From positions 35,307 to 99,306 of IMG/VR virus record IMGVR_UViG_2541046997_000001: a DNA stretch of 64,000 nucleotides; one strand, 5' to 3'. The stretch comes from a virus. Taxonomy: Duplodnaviria; Heunggongvirae; Uroviricota; Caudoviricetes. Under the pieces are notes generated by a model. That model had not been told where the DNA came from, searched no databases, and was given only the letters and a program-made list of their open reading frames with translations. Made by a program: the position numbers and the translations under genes. Below, piece after piece: positions 58,828 to 64,000 of the stretch (the first letter of the stretch is position 1; each line of letters opens with the position of its first letter).

Positions 58828-59208
58828 ATGGAATTGCATAGATATGATATTATAGAAGCTGAAATAAAAACAGCATCTGGTTCTGTTCAAGGTAAGAAAA
58901 GACCATATGTTATTGTGAGCAATGAATCTGGCACAAAACATGCTAGTATAATTACTATAATGCCTTTAACTCATGTTATCAAAAAATTGTATATGCCGGT
59001 ACACGGATGTATTGAGGCTGAGTCTGAAAATGGTTTGTCCAAATACTCAATGGTTTTGGGAGAGCAGCCAATGACTATATGTAAAGAGGAAGTTTTACGT
59101 AAACTTGGTAGGGTTACAAATCAAAATCATAAAAACATGATAAATAAGGTATGTTATAACTCATTTTTTTATGGTGAAGAAATAAATTGGGAGGAAGTAT
59201 TAGCATGA
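58828..59208 (+). CDS. PemK/MazF-like endoribonuclease-fold protein
   Basis: RYDII.A....GSVQGKKRPYVIVSN..G.KHA..ITIMPLT...EQPMTICK..V..KLG. Confidence 0.85.
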   Translation: MELHRYDIIEAEIKTASGSVQGKKRPYVIVSNESGTKHASIITIMPLTHVIKKLYMPVHGCIEAESENGLSKYSMVLGEQPMTICKEEVLRKLGRVTNQNHKNMINKVCYNSFFYGEEINWEEVLA

Positions 59209-59483
59209 TAGTGACAACATCTGAGATCATTACAAAAGAAGAAGCTAAACGTAGGATAGACGAATCACCTGGTGAATATGTAATATGGGATTCTATAAAG
59301 AGGACATGTTTTGTGCATGAGAGTAGGCGTATTTCTAAAGAAAAAAGTGAGAAATTAATTGATTTAGCAAATAAAATATTATATCAAGATAATAGTTATT
59401 TTGGTGTGTTGTCGTTGGAAGTCGGCAAGAAGATAAAAGACCCCAACATTGTAAATAATCTTTTATTTCCACAACAAGAATGA
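59205..59483 (+). CDS. Hypothetical protein
   Basis: RBS GGAGG. Confidence 0.65.
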   Translation: MIVTTSEIITKEEAKRRIDESPGEYVIWDSIKRTCFVHESRRISKEKSEKLIDLANKILYQDNSYFGVLSLEVGKKIKDPNIVNNLLFPQQE

Positions 59484-59487
59484 AAAT

Positions 59488-59538
59488 CGAACATCTGTTC
59501 TGAAATAGGTTGACAAGAACATATGTTTGTGATATTAT
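59488..59538 (+). promoter_or_regulatory. Promoter with two LexA (Cheo/SOS)-like boxes
   Basis: CGAAC-atct-GTTCT at 59488; AGAAC-atat-GTTTG at 59516 between TTGACA(59510) and TATTAT(59533). Confidence 0.75.
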
Positions 59539-59845
59539 TCATATTGTAAAATTTACCAGTAAAAAAGAGGATCTACTTGATCATAGGTGTTGGCGCACCT
59601 CCTAAGTAAATCCTCTTAAGACAACGATAGCATAAATGCTATACACTTGTATTCTTACATATTTAATTTTTAGTGTCAAGCATTTCTGCCATTAATTTCC
59701 AAATTTTACAATTAAATAAGGAAAAGTTAATATTTTATTCTTTTGACGTTTAGTCGAAAGGTGTTATTTTTGCACTCTTTTTTATGTGAAAAGAATAAAA
59801 ATGAGGGAATATTGCTTTTAGAATTATGTTAAAGGTGGTGAAAGA

Positions 59846-60500
59846 GTGGAATACATAATTACAAATGGCAAAATCTCCATATGTTTAGACGAAAAAGGAA
59901 GACCTGTCACATGTGGTAAAAAAGAAGCACATTCTTTTAGCAAAGAGAAGGCAGAAAATATATTAAACAACCTTCCAAGCGTCCTAAAAAACTTCCATTT
60001 TAAAATTAGATGTGTTTCTCCGGGAGGAAGTAAAAAAAGATACAAAAAATGAATGTAACAATCACAAAGCTGATGATTGTAAAGGTGAAAAAACAGTATT
60101 ATATGGTGAAGATTATGAACCGTGCAAAGAGGTAGTCAAATGGATGGAATTATCAAAATCATGTGATGTTCTATTTAGTGAAGCCAGGAAAAGAAGAAGT
60201 GAATTACATAAAAAATTATCTAATGTGGACAAGGAATTGTCTAACGCTATGCACGAAATAGAACTTGAAAAGTGGAAGAGTGGATCTGATGGCTATAAAG
60301 AATATAAAAAGGTCAAAGAAGTTTTGCAGAAACGTAGAAAAATAAAAGATGAGCTTCTTGTAGTTCAGTCCGTTATAACAAACACAAAAGGATCAATTAA
60401 TTTAAAAAATATTGAAAAAACTTTTGAGATGTTAAGTACGAGACATTTTACTATGAGAATCATAGAAGAAGATAATCCGTTTGATGGAATAGAAGATTAA
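59846..60500 (+). pseudogene. Two overlapping ORFs, probably one gene with a +1 frameshift near 60022
   Basis: 59846-60052 and 60012-60500 overlap; removing one G from CCGGGAG joins the frames. Confidence 0.45.
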
Positions 60501-60518
60501 GAAAAGAGGTAATGAGGA

Positions 60519-61157
60519 ATGGATAAAGAGGAGTGGAAGAATCAAATCGCAAATGAATACTGTGGTAACAATATGAGAAAACTTCGAAAGATTTGTGACA
60601 AGATTTTAAAAGCTAGAAATATTCCAAAAGAACATTGGGAGAGCTTTTATGATCGTGCTGTTGATATTTTTCTTGAGAGTATTAATTCCTATGATGATTC
60701 CAAAGAATGTAAGTTTAATACTTATTTTTATGGGAATCTAAGACGGAGAACTGGAACATGGTTTAGAGATAATTTTCGATTTAAGAGATGTAATTTGGAA
60801 AGAGATTTTATTGGGAATATCATAAAAGATGAAAAGGGAAACCCTACGATTATTCCGAATGTTTCTATACATATGAAAGTTGATCCGGAAGAGGATTGTA
60901 TTTTGGAAGAGATTATTTCCTCTAATTATAATTTAGAGAGAGAAATAATGAATAAATTATATCCAACCACAGATAGAGTAGAACTTTATAAAAGTAAATT
61001 ATCTTATAGTCAACAATTGGTTGTAGATCTTATGTGTGCCGGATATACAGAAAATGAAATCTTATCAGAATTACATATTTCTAGGGAAGAGTACAAAGAT
61101 AAAATTTTAGACACGATGAAACTATATGAAAATGTAAAAGTATTATTACGAGAATAA
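60519..61157 (+). CDS. Sigma factor-like protein
   Basis: DIFLESINSYDDSKECKFNTYFYGNLRRR (region 2-like); LSYSQQLVVDLMCAGY...EILSEL (region 4-like). Confidence 0.7.
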   Translation: MDKEEWKNQIANEYCGNNMRKLRKICDKILKARNIPKEHWESFYDRAVDIFLESINSYDDSKECKFNTYFYGNLRRRTGTWFRDNFRFKRCNLERDFIGNIIKDEKGNPTIIPNVSIHMKVDPEEDCILEEIISSNYNLEREIMNKLYPTTDRVELYKSKLSYSQQLVVDLMCAGYTENEILSELHISREEYKDKILDTMKLYENVKVLLRE

Positions 61158-61177
61158 TTAAATGGAGGAATGTAATC

Positions 61178-62617
61178 ATGGCAAAGAAAATCAGAAAGAG
61201 AACGTTGTCTTTAGAATCATATTTAGAAAAAATCGTAGAAGAGGATATTAGCGATAATCAAGACGTACAAAGGATGTTTTGCTGGGAAAATGTGATGGTG
61301 AATGAACTCATTAAAACTGTGCTAACAGATGATTATATTCCGCCAATTATCTTAGGCGAAGAAGATTTAGAAGAAGATGTCGTTCAGCAATATATTGTAG
61401 ATGGAATGCAAAGAAGTTCTGCTCTGATTAAATTTAGATATGGAAATTATAAAATAACACCTTCTTTGGAAGAACCTTTTATTCAATATCAAAGAAAAAT
61501 GAAGGATGAAAATAATAATATTTGTAAAGATGAAAATGGAAAGGTTATTTGGGAGTCAATTGAATACGACCTAAGAAGGAAAACATACGAGATGTTGCCA
61601 CCTGAACTAAAGAAAATGTTTGATGATTACCAAATTGATATTACTATACACCAGCATTGTACGATGGCACAAATTAGTCGCCTAGTAAGAAGGTATAATA
61701 ACCATAGAGGGATGAATCAGTCTCAGAAGGCATTTACTTATATTGATTTATATGCACGGAAAATCAGGACTATTTCTGAGAATAAATTCTTTAAAAATTG
61801 TATAAGCTGCTCTGGCAGCGAGCGATCTAAAGGAACTTATGAGCGGTTGGTATGTGAATCTGTAATGACAACATTTTTCTTTAACAACTGGAAAAAAGCT
61901 GCAAAAGACATGAGTAAATTTTTAAATGAAAAGGCAACAGAAGAACATTTTGAAGCAATTGACCAGTATTTAAGTAGGATTGAAAATATTTGCAAAGATA
62001 ATTTTACGGATGTGTTTGTTCCTAAAAATGTAGCCGTTTGGGTTTCTGTATTTAAAAAGTTTACGGAATATGGATTAGATGATAGTGATTTTTTAGAGTT
62101 TATTAAGGAGTTTAAAAAAGTATTGCATTCAAAAAAGATAAACAGCATTTCTTTTGATGAATTAAATGAGCATCGAAATACTAAAGACAAGGCAACGTTA
62201 AAAGAAAAAATAGACATATTAGTTTCTCTTATGGATGAGTTTTTACATAATACAAATGAAAAAATATTTGATGTGTTGGATGAGTATGATCCAAATCAAA
62301 ATATCATTAATTTTATTAAAGAGAATGTGAAAGAAGATGTTATCGAAGATGATATTGAATTTTACAAATCGTTGCTTGAAGATTGGTCTGTGGAAGTAGA
62401 TAACTCATCAAAACTTCTTGATGAAGGTAACATGAAATCATTACTTGCTGCAATTGCATATAGTGTTGAAAATGAGCTTGATGAAGAAGTTCCTGCGTGG
62501 ATGGTGAGCTTCTTTGATAGAAATTCTACATATATTGAAAATCAAAAAAAGAATTATACATATATGATTAATGATCTTAATGAATTCATCAGAAATAAAT
62601 ACCAACTGGCAAGTTAG
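61178..62617 (+). CDS. DUF262 (GmrSD/ParB-like N-domain) protein
   Basis: QDVQRMFCW...YIPPIILGE...YIVDGMQRSSAL...VRRYNNHRGMN. Confidence 0.8.
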   Translation: MAKKIRKRTLSLESYLEKIVEEDISDNQDVQRMFCWENVMVNELIKTVLTDDYIPPIILGEEDLEEDVVQQYIVDGMQRSSALIKFRYGNYKITPSLEEPFIQYQRKMKDENNNICKDENGKVIWESIEYDLRRKTYEMLPPELKKMFDDYQIDITIHQHCTMAQISRLVRRYNNHRGMNQSQKAFTYIDLYARKIRTISENKFFKNCISCSGSERSKGTYERLVCESVMTTFFFNNWKKAAKDMSKFLNEKATEEHFEAIDQYLSRIENICKDNFTDVFVPKNVAVWVSVFKKFTEYGLDDSDFLEFIKEFKKVLHSKKINSISFDELNEHRNTKDKATLKEKIDILVSLMDEFLHNTNEKIFDVLDEYDPNQNIINFIKENVKEDVIEDDIEFYKSLLEDWSVEVDNSSKLLDEGNMKSLLAAIAYSVENELDEEVPAWMVSFFDRNSTYIENQKKNYTYMINDLNEFIRNKYQLAS

Positions 62618-62620
62618 GAG

Positions 62621-62929
62621 GTGATATGTGTGAGTAAGAAAGAACATAAGTATAAAAGAGAAAAACATGGTATTGGAATTGAAGGTGCTTTATTAATCGG
62701 TGGAGCTGTTTCTATATGTGTATTGGCATCATGTGGAGACGAGAAGAAAGAGTATATTGATCCAAAACCAATTATTGTCGAAATGCCGGAACCGTGTACA
62801 GAAGGTAGAATACTCGTGACAAAAAATGGGCGATGTATTTTTGAGTACAAAGGTGAAATTGAAATGATTAATGACGGTAGAAATGGTGAAGAAATTGATG
62901 TGCAGGTACATATGAAAGAAGAGAAATAA
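62621..62929 (+). CDS. Membrane-anchored/lipoprotein-like protein
   Basis: Hydrophobic stretch ending VLASCG. Confidence 0.6.
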   Translation: MICVSKKEHKYKREKHGIGIEGALLIGGAVSICVLASCGDEKKEYIDPKPIIVEMPEPCTEGRILVTKNGRCIFEYKGEIEMINDGRNGEEIDVQVHMKEEK

Positions 62930-62947
62930 ATAAAGGAGAAATAAATT

Positions 62948-63712
62948 ATGTGTGAATTTAAAAGTGGAATTATTTTTAAAAACAGGGTAGTGTTAGCACC
63001 TTTAGGAAATGAAAGTCATTCAAATTTACTTGAAAGTTTAGAGGTAGAAGATAATGAATTTAATGCTTCAAAGAAATTTGTGAGAGCAGAATTAATACCG
63101 CCAGAAAAATATATTATCACTTCAGATATCTCTAAATGGGAGTACAGAGTTGACCAAGATTTTGTCCCAGATTGGTATAGTAACGATCCGGGAAGATATG
63201 AACAGGAATTTAGAGATAATGTTAAGGGTTTTATGGATAAAAACTTTACGGAGGAATTTGGATATTATTGGACAAACATTCAAATGGATGGAAAGGTGTA
63301 CCACTTTATGTATGGAGTTATTACGCATATGAGTTTTGGTAGTAATAATAACTACACAGAATCTGCTATAAGAAGGTATCTTAAGGAGTGCAAACTTGCA
63401 AAAGATATTGAAAGTAAGTACAAGAAAAAGATTGTTCCATTTGAAAACAACTTACTTAGTATGGATGGATTTGATGATTATGGCGTTGTTAAAGATGATG
63501 TATTATCTATTCTAAACTTTGATTTATTTAGGAAATGCGGGAATAGATTGCCGCTGATCGATTGTATATATTGGTTATCAACACCAAATCAGACACCGTT
63601 GAAAAAAGATTCTTCCTGTGTTCAGTTTGTCTACAGTGATGGGGACATGGGTTACGACTCTTGCCGCTGGCGTGGTCGTGGGGTTCGTCCGTTTTTTATC
63701 ACGGAATCTTAA
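62948..63712 (+). CDS. Two-domain hypothetical protein (C-terminal DUF6273-like)
   Basis: MCEFKSGII N-domain; NNYTESAIRRYL...YWLSTP...GVRPF C-domain. Confidence 0.7.
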   Translation: MCEFKSGIIFKNRVVLAPLGNESHSNLLESLEVEDNEFNASKKFVRAELIPPEKYIITSDISKWEYRVDQDFVPDWYSNDPGRYEQEFRDNVKGFMDKNFTEEFGYYWTNIQMDGKVYHFMYGVITHMSFGSNNNYTESAIRRYLKECKLAKDIESKYKKKIVPFENNLLSMDGFDDYGVVKDDVLSILNFDLFRKCGNRLPLIDCIYWLSTPNQTPLKKDSSCVQFVYSDGDMGYDSCRWRGRGVRPFFITES

Positions 63713-63907
63713 ATCTGTGCATCTTGTCGATAACGTTTTTGTAGTTGGGTTAAAATGTCGATTTCATTCGGAAATAAACACAATATATAGTGGCTTTTAA
63801 TGAATGCAAATACTATATGTTGTGTGTAAAAATTCCTGAGATGGAAGTCCTTCACGGACAATCATTACAAGAAATGAATTGTAATGCGACAACCGCCACT
63901 TCGTCAA

Positions 63908-64000
63908 TTATCTCTTAGGATAATGGCGATAATGCTCATGGACGTATTCCCACTTTTGCATCCGGAACCGCCAATAAGCATCGACATGAACCATATTATG
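63908..64000 (-). CDS. 3' end of a small basic counter-oriented protein
   Basis: ...VHVDAYWRFRMQKWEYVHEHYRHYPKR*. Confidence 0.55.
   Translation of the reverse strand, partial: HNMVHVDAYWRFRMQKWEYVHEHYRHYPKR

Larger units (their letters stand above)
1..64000. mobile_element. Segment of a large SPbeta/c-st-like temperate phage or prophage
   Basis: Terminase-portal-protease-capsid-tail tube-holin block; YonO-like RNAP, HU and phosphoesterase upstream as in SPbeta; dense small-gene early array; no host genes. Confidence 0.93.

Noticed and set aside
1-64000. CRISPR array, cas genes, DGR reverse transcriptase, IS transposase
   Set aside because: No regularly spaced repeats or matching protein motifs seen.

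Overview
The whole window reads as part of a large AT-rich temperate Firmicutes phage (SPbeta/c-st-like architecture, probably of a Clostridia/Lachnospiraceae host; host assignment is inference). No host housekeeping genes or att junctions are visible. From 1 to 33.9 kb the genes lie on the minus strand: holin, tail tube, head-tail, capsid, protease, portal and terminase genes, a displaced fibre module, a tyrosine recombinase, HU, a phosphoesterase, tRNA-Thr and tRNA-Trp, a YonO-like single-subunit RNA polymerase and a UvrD helicase. From 34 to 37 kb there is a UmuC/YolD mutagenesis cassette, then about 1.2 kb of non-coding DNA with a G-to-C strand-bias switch and a dif-like palindrome. From 39 to 64 kb there is a plus-strand array of mostly tiny genes with a second tyrosine recombinase, an AAA ATPase moron, a repressor/MazF-like switch, a sigma-like protein and a DUF262 protein. 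The most interesting signals lie outside the ORF track: (1) about 14 copies of an 18-bp palindrome (WWRAAA-N6-TTTYAW) at gene boundaries, suggesting a recombinase-driven, integron-like cassette array; (2) two ~600-nt highly structured non-coding RNA candidates (25.0-25.6 kb minus, 39.2-39.8 kb plus); (3) a clean type III hammerhead ribozyme at 41167-41218; (4) boxA-like leaders after the early promoters; (5) five genes that appear to start at ATA; (6) a hairpin identical to 23S rRNA helix 71. All family names come from recalled motifs, not from database searches.
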